64,000 bases of DNA from Octopus vulgaris. Lineage: Eukaryota. The stretch is from positions 33,170,001 to 33,234,000 of the forward strand of contig OX597823.1 in the NCBI GenBank assembly GCA_951406725.2, read 5' to 3'. This document shows, one piece after another, positions 1 to 12,210 of the stretch. A model generated the notes under the pieces. It was not told the DNA's origin and searched no databases. It was given only the letters and a program-made list of their open reading frames with translations. The position numbers and the translations under genes were made by a program. Positions within the stretch are counted from its first letter, which is position 1; each line of letters begins with the position of its first letter.

Positions 1-750
1 ACTGAACCTGGAACCATGTAGTTGGGAAGCATACTTCTTACCACACAGCCATGCCTGCACCTACATATGTGTGTGTGTATAACAGTATACAAAGTGTGGG
101 TCATCAACCTGCATTAATCACAACCTTGCACTTTGTACATGATGTAGTCTGTCACCATTACTGATCAAATGGTTCAGTAAGGCCCTCAGATCTGCTTATG
201 TGCAGCAATGTCCCATGCCATCAACGGTGGTTTCCCTGATGGCCTGGAAAAGATGACCAAACTCGACTGCTTAAAGGAAGTAGAAGTCAGAACAGGTTTT
301 CCATAGGTGAACCTGAAGAAGGATCATTTACCAGTTTGTCTCACCCATGACTGCTCTTCAGTCAACAACCACTTCTTGCTATAACAGTACAAGAGTATAT
401 ATAAGCCTCTGCTCAGTATATTATATCTAACAACAATAAACAATATATCTAACCTCTACTCACTATATAACCTTACAAACAATTCACTGTTTATGTGAAT
501 AAATATTGCTGTACAACAAACGTGATAGTTCTAGGTTCTAATTTTACTATAGAAGTTATTTTTTTTATATCAAAGTACTTAGCAATTTTCCTTGGTCTGC
601 CTGACTGAGAACATATTTTACTCTAGGTGACATGGAGATGGTTAAATTTACAAAACTAAACTAACCTAAGCTAATAGAATAAAGTAAATGTTACATAAAT
701 AAACTAAATGTGCATTCGTGCACTAATATGCAAATGAAGAAATGTCTTAC

Positions 751-855
751 TTTGCTTCCAATACACGCATGATCTCACAAACGTTGACCTGGAATTGCTC
801 TCTGTGATGATGTTTTATCTCAATGGCACGTTCCACATAGACTCTAATGACACAC
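751..855 (-). CDS. HEATR1: HEATR1 coding exon 8
   Basis: CVIRVYVERAIEIKHHHREQFQVNVCEIMRVLEAK; acceptor tacag, donor GTAAGA; phase 2-2. Confidence 0.82.
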
Positions 856-3800
856 CTGTAAAGGGAAACAATACTTTAAATTCAAGAACAACTTATATAT
901 GATCAAACAAATAAGAGTTTCAATCATTTCTCTATCCTTTTTAGGTTTCAAAGAACAAAACTAGTTAACAGCTTCTAAAACTTCATGAAATTTCTTTCAT
1001 GCAAAGCAAAGCATTCTCTCTTGCCCTGATTCACCAAGCTTTGCAACTCAATCTTAGATGGCAATGCTACCAATCCAGGAACCTTCCAGTGATGATAGGT
1101 ACTAAGTTAATCTAGTTTTGTCTCAAACTAGATCAACCTGATACCTATCATTGTCAGACCAGAGTAATCCATTTATTTCACCTAACCATCAATAACATTT
1201 GATCGGAACAAAAGTTCATGCTGTTTTATAAGTAAAATTCCAAAACAAAATTTAGATATATGTACATATAGGCACAGGAGTGGCTGTATGGTAAGTAGCT
1301 TGCTTCCCAACTGCACATATCTGGTTTGCCGTTTGCATAGGTTTTTTAATCTTTCTAGATACAAAAGAGAGTCAAATGATGACTATGCATTTTATTTTCC
1401 TCTATTTTCACTTTTAATGTAAAAACAGTAGAAATAAACTCTCCACACAGTAACTGTATAAAAAGACGTTAAAATGTCACCTTTGAATGTCCTCATTCGA
1501 AAAACACATAGATAAATGTAAAAATACCAACAAACAAATAAAAGTCACTATTGAAGTCAATGATAGAAATCTTAGGAATTAAGGAAGCTTTGATTATCTA
1601 TAAATTAAACCCACAAATAAATAATAGATTGGAGCTGGGCATGCAATACATAACATGACATACACACAGACACATTTGCTACATATTAGAAAAGAGGTAA
1701 TGAAAATTGATTTGTGCAGAGATAAGTTAATAATTGACGTCACTAACATTCACAAAGAGAAATGCTTGAAAATTCAAATATAATCATAAAATTATTTTAT
1801 CTCCGACAAAAAACATCTAACCAAAGACAGTTCCTTTTTAACCCTGAAGAAAGGATTTGTATGTCCTGAAATATTGGATACACATAAGAACAAAGATTAC
1901 CAGTTACTTTTAGTTTACGTTACCTCATCTTAAAATCTATTTGCATTGTTTGGCCTTTTACATTTTTCAACATAATATTCCATATACGATGCTTCAAGCA
2001 AACTATAAAATTATATATATTTATATATCATCATCATTATCATTTAACGTCCGCTTTCCATGCTAGCATGGGTTGGACGGTTCAACTGGGGTCTGGGGAG
2101 CCCGAAGGCTGCACCAGGCCAGTCAGATCTGGCAGTGTTTCTACAGCTGGATGCCCTTCCTAACGCCAACCACTCCGAGAGTGTAGTGGGTGATTTTATG
2201 TGCCACCGACACAGGTGCCAGATGAGGCTGGCGAACGGCCACGCTCGGATGGTGTTTTTTATGTGCCACCGACACAGGTGCCAGATGAGGCTGGCGAACG
2301 GCCACGCTCGGATGGTGTTTTTTATGTGCCACCGACACAGGTGCCAGATGAGGCTGGCGAACGGCCACGATCGGATGGTGTTTGTTACGTGCCCACAGCA
2401 CGGAGGCCAGTCGATGCGGTACTGGCTACAGCCACGTTCGGATGGTTTTCTTGTGTGCCACCGGCACTGGTACCACAAAGATACAAATTCCATTGATGTT
2501 CATCTATTTTGATTTGTTTTGATTTTCACTTGCCTCAACAGGTCTTCACAAGTGTCACAAGAAGGAAGGTATGCACAGGTGGACTGACTACGTCCCAGGT
2601 AGGGGCCACGGGTTATGGCCTGACTAGTCTTGCCGGGTCTTCGGATGGTGTTTTTATGTGCCACCGACACAGGTATATAAATAATATATATATGCATATA
2701 TACATACATGGGCACAGGATGTCATGAAACATGTACAACAAAAAAATACGAAGTACGAGTACATGGAATATGAACTATTTTTTCATACAACGAAAGACAC
2801 AAATGGAAAACAAGACAAACAACATAAGAACGACCCTTCATCAGCTGTTAGCTGTTTTTCTATCTATCTATATATATATATATATATATATACATTTACA
2901 CAATATACAGCAAAGTTTAAGACTATTACATACACACATATACACACAAAATGCATGTCAACCAAAACCACTTCAATAAACACACATATGTACATATATA
3001 TACATGCACATGGAACATATACTCACAATGCAACTTCACCGGATGTTGACGAGTTCAAGGGGATATAACGCAGGATATCAGTAAGAACACTCTTAAATGG
3101 AGTGCTTAGTGCAGAAATACTTCCATCAGAACTTTCTGCGGAACTGGACAATTTCAGGCAGTTTGATAATGCTTTTGGCACCAAGTTCTGGAATAATGCC
3201 ATCAGGAAGTTATCAAGTTTGTAATCTTTGCCAATTTTCTCAAGAACTGGTACTAATTGCTGATGATTGACCAAATACCTACAAATTCTGAAAGTAAGCA
3301 CAGTTTCAACATCATTAAGTATTATGGATTGCCTGGATTTAAACAGGAAGATGTCAAGGGAAAACAACTGTTAAAACATAAAAATACTAGTATTATGTCA
3401 AAGGAAGAAAAAAAAGGGCAACAAAGGATCATTTCAAATTTTTATTAGAATCATATGTCACTGGAGACTTGAAACTTAAGCCATGCTCCAAGGAAGCATA
3501 CTGGTTTCATTTCTTCCTAGTCTCCTCTGAGTTCAAGGTCCATGTCTCACTACCATATGCAAGCACAATCTGCCTGTCATTGTAAGGGAATAGAACTTTG
3601 TTGTCAGCAGCAGTAGTAGCTCCCTAAAGTCCTCCAAACCTATTCTTACTCTGGCTATTATACTCTCAGAGCAACCACCTCCCTTGCTGATTACCACTCC
3701 CCAAGTAACAAAAGCCATCAACTATTTTTGGTGAACAGTCAAGGCGTTCAAGGGAGGTTACTCCTGGTGTTTAAGAAGAACATGCTACTCCAGTGCATCT

Positions 3801-4776
3801 ACCACATAGGAAGCTTATGACCTTTGCTAGTCTGCTTGTGTCTCCATTGGGTATAACATATGATATTTAAATTCCCTACATAACTGTCCAACCCATGCCA
3901 GCAAAGAGAGTGAATGTAAAATGATGATGAGGCATGTTATGACTAGTAAAGGGTTTGGGAGGGGTCACAGTAAGTGTGAAGATTAGGATTGTGGGGAGAA
4001 GACATGCAGGTAGCAACTATGATGTGAAGACCCTATTGATAAAGGACCAAAAGGTTCTACAGTAATTTCAGAGACGAAACAATGCAGGATGTGGAGTGTA
4101 CAGTGTAGCCATTGCTGTCTTCTTGGTCATCTTACAGGTAGCGTGGTGGAACATAATGTCTCTAAGATATTCTAAGGAATGTTTTTTTGCCTGTGCAGTT
4201 GTAGGTTCTGGAATTTGGCAAGGAACATGAAGGGACACATATAGAACAGTTACTCATCATGTTTTCGATGTATCTATTATTTCATTAGATTGACATGTAC
4301 AATAGCACTTATACAGACACTTTACTTAATTACAGTATTAGTTAATTGCTATATTTCAACTAGAAAGATGAAGACAAACAAATAAATCTAAACTTAAACT
4401 AAATGCTGAACACTTTAAAAGAAAACATTTCAATTAATTATTTACATTTGACGGATATTTGTCTTCGTTTTGTTTGCTGTTAACACAACATTTCAGCTGA
4501 TATACCCTCCAGCCTTCATCAGGTGTCTTGGGGAAATTTCGAACCTGGGTTCTCATTCCTAAGGTATTTTCCAATGTTATTATTATTATACTGGAATCGA
4601 ACTCAGAATCTTGGGGTCAGTAGCATGTGCTCTTAACCACTATGCCATATGACAGATATCTGTCCTCATCTTGTTTGTTGTTAACACAACGTTTTAGCTG
4701 ATATACCCTCCAGCCTTCATCAGGTGTCTTGGGGGAAATTTCGAACCTGGGTTCTCATTCCTAAGGTATTTTTGAA

Positions 4777-4810
<34 letters not shown>

Positions 4811-7800
4811 GAACTGTATTTCAATTAATAGTTTTAAATTTTAGTGCTGCAATAACATTTAAGATCCTAAAAATTGAGAAACTTAAACTGATTCTAAAAA
4901 CATTAAATTTTAAATGAAAAGGAAAAAAAAAAATTCTATACCTTTTTTTTAATCTTCTCAGAGTTTGAGTTTGGAACAGTAATACCAGACAACACAAGGC
5001 TTCTTCAAAAATGGCCTTTGTCTTCATTGTAAACTGGAGGAGGAGAAAAAAAAGTAACAATTTAAGAGAAGACTTAAAAACTGATGTACAGACATATCTT
5101 ACTCTGCATAAATACACACAAAAACATATAGATGTATTACTTAAGTCAGTAAAAAAAGGTACATATGACCCTAGTACTAGGGTGAGATTTGGTGTTAACC
5201 TTTTCTCATCCCCTTGTCTTTTCTTGCTGTCTTTTTAGGAATATGAAATTACTAGGAGTAAATTCCCAGTCCCTTTGCTCCTGCCCCTTTTAGTTCCCTC
5301 TTACGTCATGCAGGGAATACCATGACTGCATTCTACCGACCCCACTCCAATAGTTGCAGATGGGGTTTGCTAGTTAATCCATAGCTGGGACCCTTACAAG
5401 TGCTACCACTCTGAGCCAGAGTAGACCTGGGAGCAATAGTGGCTAAGGTGTTTCCACACCCCTCAAACCCTGAAACCAGAGCCCCAGGGTCCCACTACTG
5501 GATGTAGTTTAGATTCATACCCAGGACTAGTAAAAAAAAAAAAAAGGTAAAAGTGGAAAATTACATTACATACATGCAATAGCAATAAATACATCCTTAT
5601 ACGAGATCATACATATAAAAATACAATAATATAATAAACAGTTACATTTCAGTGTACATTCACACATGATATAAGAACATTTATATTACATCATACAGCC
5701 ATACATACAATAACTTAACATACCAAGTACAAGCATGAGTCTTTAGATAACAGTCAACGAGAGATTACACTCAAGTATTTTCAGATCAGCCACTGCTTCT
5801 TTTCGTTCTTAATTAACCAGTATCTACAAATCTTCTCAATCTGTTAATAATGTTTAGTAGTAAAAACAATAATTATTTACATTTGACGGATATTTGCCCT
5901 CATATTGTTTGTTGTTAACACAATGTTTCAGCTGATATACCCTCTAGCCTTCAACAGGTATCTTGAGGAAATTTCGAACCTGGGTTCTCATTTCTAAGGT
6001 ATTTTTCAATGCTATTATTATTACTATTACTGTACATGAAGCTACTGTTCCCCATCCCAGGGTCTCATGGGCCCATACCTCCCACACCCCCAGCACACTG
6101 AAAGGTAGGTCTGGTGAGATTGTTGAGATGCTTGAATGGAGATGTGTCGATATGTGCTGCATCCAAGAAGTAAGGTTGAGAGGAGGTTCCGCTAGTGTCC
6201 TCACAGGCTAACAAAACAGGTACAAGATTTTCTGGGCAGGGAACACTGATGGGGTCAGGGGTGTGGGTAGACTTCTTGCAAAGAAATGGGTGGATAAGGT
6301 AATTGAGGTAGTCAGAGTATGTAACAGAATACTTAAGATTAGATTAGTGCTTCATCATGGGTTAGCAACCATTATCTTGGCCTATGACCCTCAGCTGGGG
6401 CTACCCGATGGACAGAAAGACCGATTCTATGACACTCTCTTGCAGACTGCCTCGTTGACGAATGACAGGGACCTTCTCTTTGTGGTTGGTGTCTTCAATG
6501 GACATGTTGGACAACATACAGGGGGCTTCCATGGTGTACATGGAGGCTACGGTTTTGGTTCCTGCAACGAAGAGGGAACCAGGCTGTGGCAAGCCAAGTG
6601 AAACCATAACCCCATGGCCTATGCCAGGGGTGTACCCAGCCCAATTATATAATGCATACCTTTCCTTCATTGGACACTAAACTCTGCTTGTGAAGACCTG
6701 TTGAGGCAAGTGAAATTGAAATCAAATTCAATGACTGGCATCCGTGCTAGTGGAGAACTAAGAGTACCATCCGAGCGTGATCGTTGCCAGAGCAACAAAC
6801 TGGCTTCTGAGCCGGTGGCACATAAAAAGCACCACTCGAGCATGATCGTTACCAGCATCGCCTTACTGACACTTGTGCTGGAGGCACGTGAAAAAACATT
6901 CGCGCGAGGTTGTTGCCAGTGCTGCTGGACTAGCTCCTTTGCAGGTGGCACATAAAAAACACCATTTAAGTATGGCCGTAGCCAGTACCGCCTGACTGGC
7001 CCTCGTGCTGGTGGCACGTAAAAGCACCCACTACACTCTCAGAATGGTTGGTGTTTGGAAGGGCATCCAGCTGTAGAAACTCTGCCAGATCAGATTGGAG
7101 CCTAGTGAAGCCATCTGGTTCGCCATACCTCAGTCAAATTGTCCAACCCATGCTAGCATGGAAAGAGGACATTAAATGATGATGATGATGATTCAGGTCA
7201 CTGCCAGGAAGCGAACTTGGAATCTTGGGGTTAGTAGCCCGTGCTCTTAACCACCTTAGGAACGAAAACCTAGGTTCGAAATTTACCCAACACACCTGAT
7301 GAAGGCTGGAGGGTATATCAGCTGAAATGTTGTGTTAACAACAAACAAGAAGAGGACAAATATCCGTCAAATGTAAATAAAGTACATAATTCCTCATCTC
7401 TTAAATATAAAACTGAAAAACAATAATGTCCAACATTCCATTTGAAATTTGTAAGCTTTCTTGAAACAGCTTCCCTCGATTGGAATCAAGAAAATGGTTA
7501 TAACAGCAAGAAGATAACAAGGGAGAAACTAAAAGAGCCAACTTACTTTAACAATGGTGTAAATCAAAGATTCCAAGATAGGTTGAGTGAGCTTAGAACG
7601 AACAAATATTATAGATACAATCATTAAGGAACCGGCTTTGTAGTCAGTAAAACCTGAACGCAATCCCTCATCAAGGAATGGTAAAACTTGTCCAATAACA
7701 GTCTCGGAAATCTCCTTCTGGTCAAGGATACCACAAATGACTTGTGTGTAGAATGCAAATATATGGCGTAACTGAGGTTCTGATGATGGTGACTTTGAAA

Positions 7801-10589
7801 ATTCCTACAGAAGAATATAAACGACTTAGATTTGTGAAATTAATAATACTATAACAATGATTTGTAAAATAAGTTGAAGGTTACAAATGGAGTGGTGGTG
7901 GGGAAGTTAGTTAATTAGATAAACCCTAATGGTTGGTGGCACTTACTGACTCAAGCAAGATTTGAAGTCAGAATATAATAAATTTCATTCATTTATATCA
8001 CAATAGGAGTACATTAGAGTACAACAGCCAATCATTAGTTCAGTCTAGTTCCTGAGAGCAAGAAATAAGGGAGTGCCTGTAACTCAGTGCATAAGAAAAT
8101 GTAACTTTTTTTTTAATACCAGTGTTTGTATCCTTCACCAATATACATTGCCAAAAGCTAAATACTGATATATGGTGATGCTTCTGCCTTTCAGATCCAA
8201 CTCTAATGATTCTGTCAGTTCACTACTTTAATAATGACTTCAGATACAGGCATTAAGGCAGCAATTCTGAAGGGATGAGTGTTAACCAATATCACCGATT
8301 CCAGTACTTGAATGTTACTTTATTTTATCAAACACGATGGGATGAAAGGTAAAGTTGACCGTAGCAAGCTGGAAGAGATAGCACAAAGCATTTTCTCAGC
8401 TGCTCAAACAATTTGGCCTGCTTGCAGCCTTAATAATAATAATCCTTTCTATTATAGGCACAAGGCCTGAAATTTTGAGGGAGGGGATTAGTTGGTTATA
8501 TTGATCTCAGTGCCCCACTGGTCCTTATTTTTATCAATGCCGAAAGGATAAAAGGCAAAGTTTACATCATAATCCTTCAATGTCAGTTGTCCATGCTGGT
8601 ATTGGTTGGCTAGTTTGACCTGAGCTTGCAAGCTGGGGAGCTGCACCAGGTTCCAGTCTGGTTTGGCTTGGTTTCTATGGCTGGATGCCCTTCCTAATGC
8701 CAACCACTTTTACATGGCACTGGTATGAGCACTTTTTACTTGGTACCAGCATGTGGAATTTGCACTCATAATAATAATGTTTCACTGTCTCAGTTTGAAT
8801 TAAGCTAAATGTGAAGATACAGTAGCAACAGGAGAGATACTTTACCTCAACATAGTCAGACACCATATTCTGTATAAAAGATAAAAAACTTAGATCACTA
8901 AGGCAGTGGTTGATCACAGTCTGACGAGAAAGATGGATGCCATTTTTCTGAAAAATAAAATATTACAGGAAAAATATAACAAAAACTATATTCTGTGTAT
9001 GTAATCACACACACATGTGTGTGTGAACTAAGACATTTTTCTGTAAATGTTCAGGTGGAATTAAGAAAGAAATAATAATAAAAAGTACTTACTTGTACAC
9101 CTGATAACCAACCCCATTTCTTATCATTCTTAGGAAGACTAAAGAGACGCACGACTTGGACAAACAGTTTATCCTCATGGTAAGGCAGGACACACAGCAG
9201 CATTTCATTTACATTATAATAATTTATGTTGAACCTTGAAGTAAACAAACAGAATATGTTAAAAAATATTATTACACAGTACAGAAGGTATCTAAATCTA
9301 ATACACTATGATAGAGGATGTTATTTCATGGTATGTTTGATAACTAAATATAATACTAATATATAAAATGTTATTATATAGTTTAGTCTGATGATATCTA
9401 ACATTATATTAATATCCATTTTCCCATCCTTGCATGGGTCAGACAGAAAACACAGAGGTAGATTCTCCATGAGCAAATGCTCTCCCTGTCCCCAACCCTC
9501 ACCTGTTTCTGCAGAAAGTAATATTTCCCCATGACCAGACATGTTTTCAACAAAGGCTGGAAATTAATGACACTGCTTGTACAACTATTATGCAATACAA
9601 GGGGCTTCCTTTTAGTTTCTACAGTTCAAACACTTTATCACTAGCATTTGTACAATGCAGAGGACATTTCTGGTTCCAAGTCCAGCTTGGCTCCTGTCTC
9701 GATGGACAATTCCAAAAGTCTGCATGCTTGAAGAAACAGGGTCGACAGTGAAGAAGTACATATTTAAACTGTTACACAGCACCTCATACAATTCACTCCT
9801 CTATGGTGAAATATGAAGAATGGTCCTCAGAAGTTTAGAGACATTGTATAGCCAGAGCAATAGATTTGTGAGTCACACCTTGTCATTTGTTAATCTACAG
9901 ATATGCCATAGGGATTGTTGGATCAAAGCTGACCTGGGCTAAACAACAAGAACAAATACCACCATATAAAGTTTGGGGACAACAGTTTTAGTGGGGTTAA
10001 CAAATGACTGTAAGTCTAGCACAGATTTACAAGAATAATTCCAAAACATTTACCTTTGTATAAGCCATTCCAGAGCCTTGTGAGCAGGTTTCAGTAGAAA
10101 ATAAGGAGACAAACGGAGCAGGAATCGTTTAATGATGGCATCTAGTTTTTTATTAATGTCAGTATGCTGTACTGATCTGTTGAACAGAACTGATGTTTCA
10201 GAAAATAGTTCCAAATGGAATTTGGAAAATTCTTTATCAAACTGCTCTAGTTCTTGTAAACCATTGATTCCTGTCAAATAAAAAGTAGAAATTTAACTTC
10301 TCACCAACCATTTCACATGGGAAACTGTTGAGCCCTTACTGGTATGCAATGGGCCATTAAGTGGAACAGTAATTAGCTTGGGAAATTCTTAAAGGATCTA
10401 TTAATACAGTAAATATATTATCATCAGTGGCTGTGTGGTAATTAGCTTGCTTACCAACCATGCAGTTCCGGGTTCAGTCCCACAGAGTGGCACCTTAGGC
10501 CAGTGACTTCTACTATAGCGTCGGGCTGATCAAAAAATGAGTTTCTTTCAGTTTCCGTCTACCACTGAAAGAAACTCATTGTGTGTATG

Positions 10590-10638
<49 letters not shown>

Positions 10639-12210
10639 TTGTCCCCCCAACATCACTTGACAACCGATGCTGGTGTGTTTACATCCCCCGTAACTTAGCA
10701 GTTCGTCAAAAAGAGACCAACAGAATAAGTACTAGTCTTGAATAAAGGTGGTGCCCCAGCATGGCTGCAGTCAAATGACTGAAACAAGTAAAAGAATAAA
10801 AGAATTGGTTTTGCTTATATGGGTCCAATGGAATTTGTTAAGGCAGACTTTCTACAATTGGATGCCCCTTTTGCCAGCCCTCACTTGCTTTCAAGCAAGG
10901 TAATATTTGCCAATGCCTGGACAGGTTCTTACTGAAGGTTGAAAATGAATGATGTTGCTCAGACACTCATTTACAACTATTGAATGAGGTCCAGACATGA
11001 GGTCATAAAGATATACACAGCTATGATGGTCTTCTTTCAGTTTCCATTTACAAAATTCACTCACAGGGCATGAATCAGCCTGGGGCTATAGTAGAAGATA
11101 CTGGACAATGGAACTAACCCCAAACCACATGGTTGGGAAGCAAACATCTTAACAACCACACAGCCATGCCATGCCTGTATATTGGCAGCTGCCACTAATG
11201 ATGGTCATTATGTATGAAATGTAGGTTGGATGATATAGTGAAGTGGTTTCCTATGGCCTTCTGCACATTAAGGAAACACTCATCAGCTATACAAGTTCCT
11301 TTTGCTTCTTGTAGAAGTGAACTGCACTTTACCATGGAACTAGCTTATAGTTAGATCAACTAGTGTAATGAATTGATTTCTCTCTATATTAGATACAAAC
11401 ATACTAGCAGCTCTTTATCAATTAATTTGTCAAGGGTTGTCAAACTAACCCAGTACATTCCTGGTATCTTTGCCGACTCTAGCAAGATTTGAACTCAGAA
11501 CATAAGGTAATGTAACTTAATATTACCCAGTATCTGCAACACCTTCTGTTTTCTTATGGTGGCTCAAAGACAAAGACAAAAATAGGTAAGTAAATAAACT
11601 TTCCCAAGACTTTACTGGTTCTTATTCAAACCAATGATGGAGCCTTATGTAATCCATTAAATCGCAAGAAATAGCAACCAAATTCTCTCAAATCACACCT
11701 TGCTGTCTTAGAAATGGATACACTGAACAATGTGGAGCTGGGTTCGCTGCACAAAGGAAACATGAGATGGTCACAGATGAAATATCTTCAATCAGGGCAG
11801 ATCTTGGTGTGAACAGCAACAGCTGGTACTTATGCTATCAACCTCAAAGGGATAAAAAGTGATATTGACTGCAGAATGGTTTCACTCTGGGACTTAATGA
11901 CAAAATTAAATACTGTCAAGCATTCAGACTTTGAAAAGAAGTATTACAGACAAATTAATAAACAGAAATGTTTAACTTATCAATGTCTCCCCACTCAACA
12001 AAGCAAAAAATCAAGTTTCAACACAAAACTCACATATTACAATAATGATAAATTTGTTAAATTACCGATTTCATAAAAAGTCCGTTTGTCTAAACGAGCA
12101 GCTTCATCTCTGTCAAATAATAAAGATGCTTTTTTCTTTTTTTCCTGAAGTTGGATGATTTTAGTTTGAGGAATACGTAGTTTTTCCAACTGGCGTTGTA
12201 ACGATGTCAT
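751..12210 (-). CDS. HEATR1: HEAT repeat-containing protein 1 (UTP10/BAP28), N-terminal ~440 codons; gene continues beyond the left edge
   Basis: Exons 12066-12210, 10054-10270, 9093-9234, 8846-8947, 7547-7804, 4942-5033, 3027-3287 and 751-855 have GT-AG ends and consistent phases. Protein starts MTSLQRQLEKLRIPQ..KASLLFDRDEAARLD and contains LSPYFLLKPAHKALEWLIQRF and LLCVLPYHE, hallmark UTP10 motifs. Confidence 0.95.
2028..2675 (-). mobile_element. RTE 3'UTR-derived repeat with a 63-bp tandem triplication
   Basis: Homologous to 54480-55131 and 6590-7191; three near-perfect 63-bp units at about 2196-2385 explain the repetitive ORFs. Confidence 0.82.
3027..3287 (-). CDS. HEATR1: HEATR1 coding exon 7
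   Basis: ICRYLVNHQQLVPVLEKIGKDYKLDNFLMALFQNLVPKAL..; donor GTGAGT; phase 2-2. Confidence 0.88.
4439..4817 (-). mobile_element. tRNA-headed hammerhead SINE composite (tandem dimer)
   Basis: Two head-to-tail modules 201 bp apart; TSD ATTTCAATTAAT at 4427-4438 and 4818-4829. Confidence 0.8.
4942..5033 (-). CDS. HEATR1: HEATR1 coding exon 6
   Basis: FTMKTKAIFEEALCCLVLLFQTQTLRRLKK; polypyrimidine tract + cag, phase 0-2. Confidence 0.88.
5874..7415. mobile_element. tRNA-headed hammerhead SINE composite (inverted pair) with nested RTE insertion
   Basis: Minus module 5874-6030 plus 7192-7254; plus module 7255-7415; TSD AAAAACAATAAT at 5862-5873 and 7416-7427. Confidence 0.8.
6031..7191 (+). mobile_element. 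Internally deleted RTE-clade LINE (AP-endonuclease fragment fused to the 3' end)
   Basis: TLKGRSGEIVEMLE..VDMCCIQEVR and GVFNGHVG..GVHGGYGFGSCNEEGTRL (APE domain), then QAK* and the 3'UTR ending in (GAT)n. Confidence 0.85.
7547..7804 (-). CDS. HEATR1: HEATR1 coding exon 5
   Basis: EFSKSPSSEPQLRHIFAFYTQVICGILD..LPFLDEGLRSGFTDYKAGSLMIV..; phase 0-0, donor GTAAGT. Confidence 0.92.
8846..8947 (-). CDS. HEATR1: HEATR1 coding exon 4
   Basis: KNGIHLSRQTVINHCLSDLSFLSFIQNMVSDYVE; phase 0-0. Confidence 0.92.
9093..9234 (-). CDS. HEATR1: HEATR1 coding exon 3
   Basis: FNINYYNVNEMLLCVLPYHEDKLFVQVVRL..WGWLSGVQ; donor GTAAGT. Confidence 0.93.
10054..10270 (-). CDS. HEATR1: HEATR1 coding exon 2
   Basis: GINGLQELEQFD...LSPYFLLKPAHKALEWLIQR; cag| acceptor, AG|GTAAAT donor. 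Confidence 0.95.
10428..10805 (+). mobile_element. Abundant tRNA-derived SINE family; copies near 1, 11030, 13070, 22120, 27310, 34050, 49560-50045 and 55720
   Basis: GGCTGTGTGGTAAG..GGTTCAGTCCCAC..GCACCTTGGGCAAGTG head, (TA)n middle, AAATGACTGAAACAAGTAAAAGA tail. Confidence 0.8.
12066..12210 (-). CDS. HEATR1: HEATR1 coding exon 1
   Basis: MTSLQRQLEKLRIPQTKIIQLQEKKKKASLLFDRDEAARLDKRTFYEI; acceptor about 12218, donor G|GTAAT. Confidence 0.93.

Noticed and set aside
2044-2512. Repetitive 149-150 aa ORFs
   Set aside because: Produced by the 63-bp tandem repeat in a retroelement 3'UTR, open on both strands.
5724-5840. Poison exon in HEATR1 (aacag|IEKICRYW..TGA..TTG|gtatgt) with faint similarity to the exon 6-7 junction
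   Set aside because: Weak polypyrimidine tract; the similarity is short and AT-rich; no independent support.
856-12065. Intronic snoRNAs in HEATR1
   Set aside because: No properly spaced C/D box pair with a terminal stem found by eye; H/ACA RNAs cannot be excluded without Infernal or snoReport.
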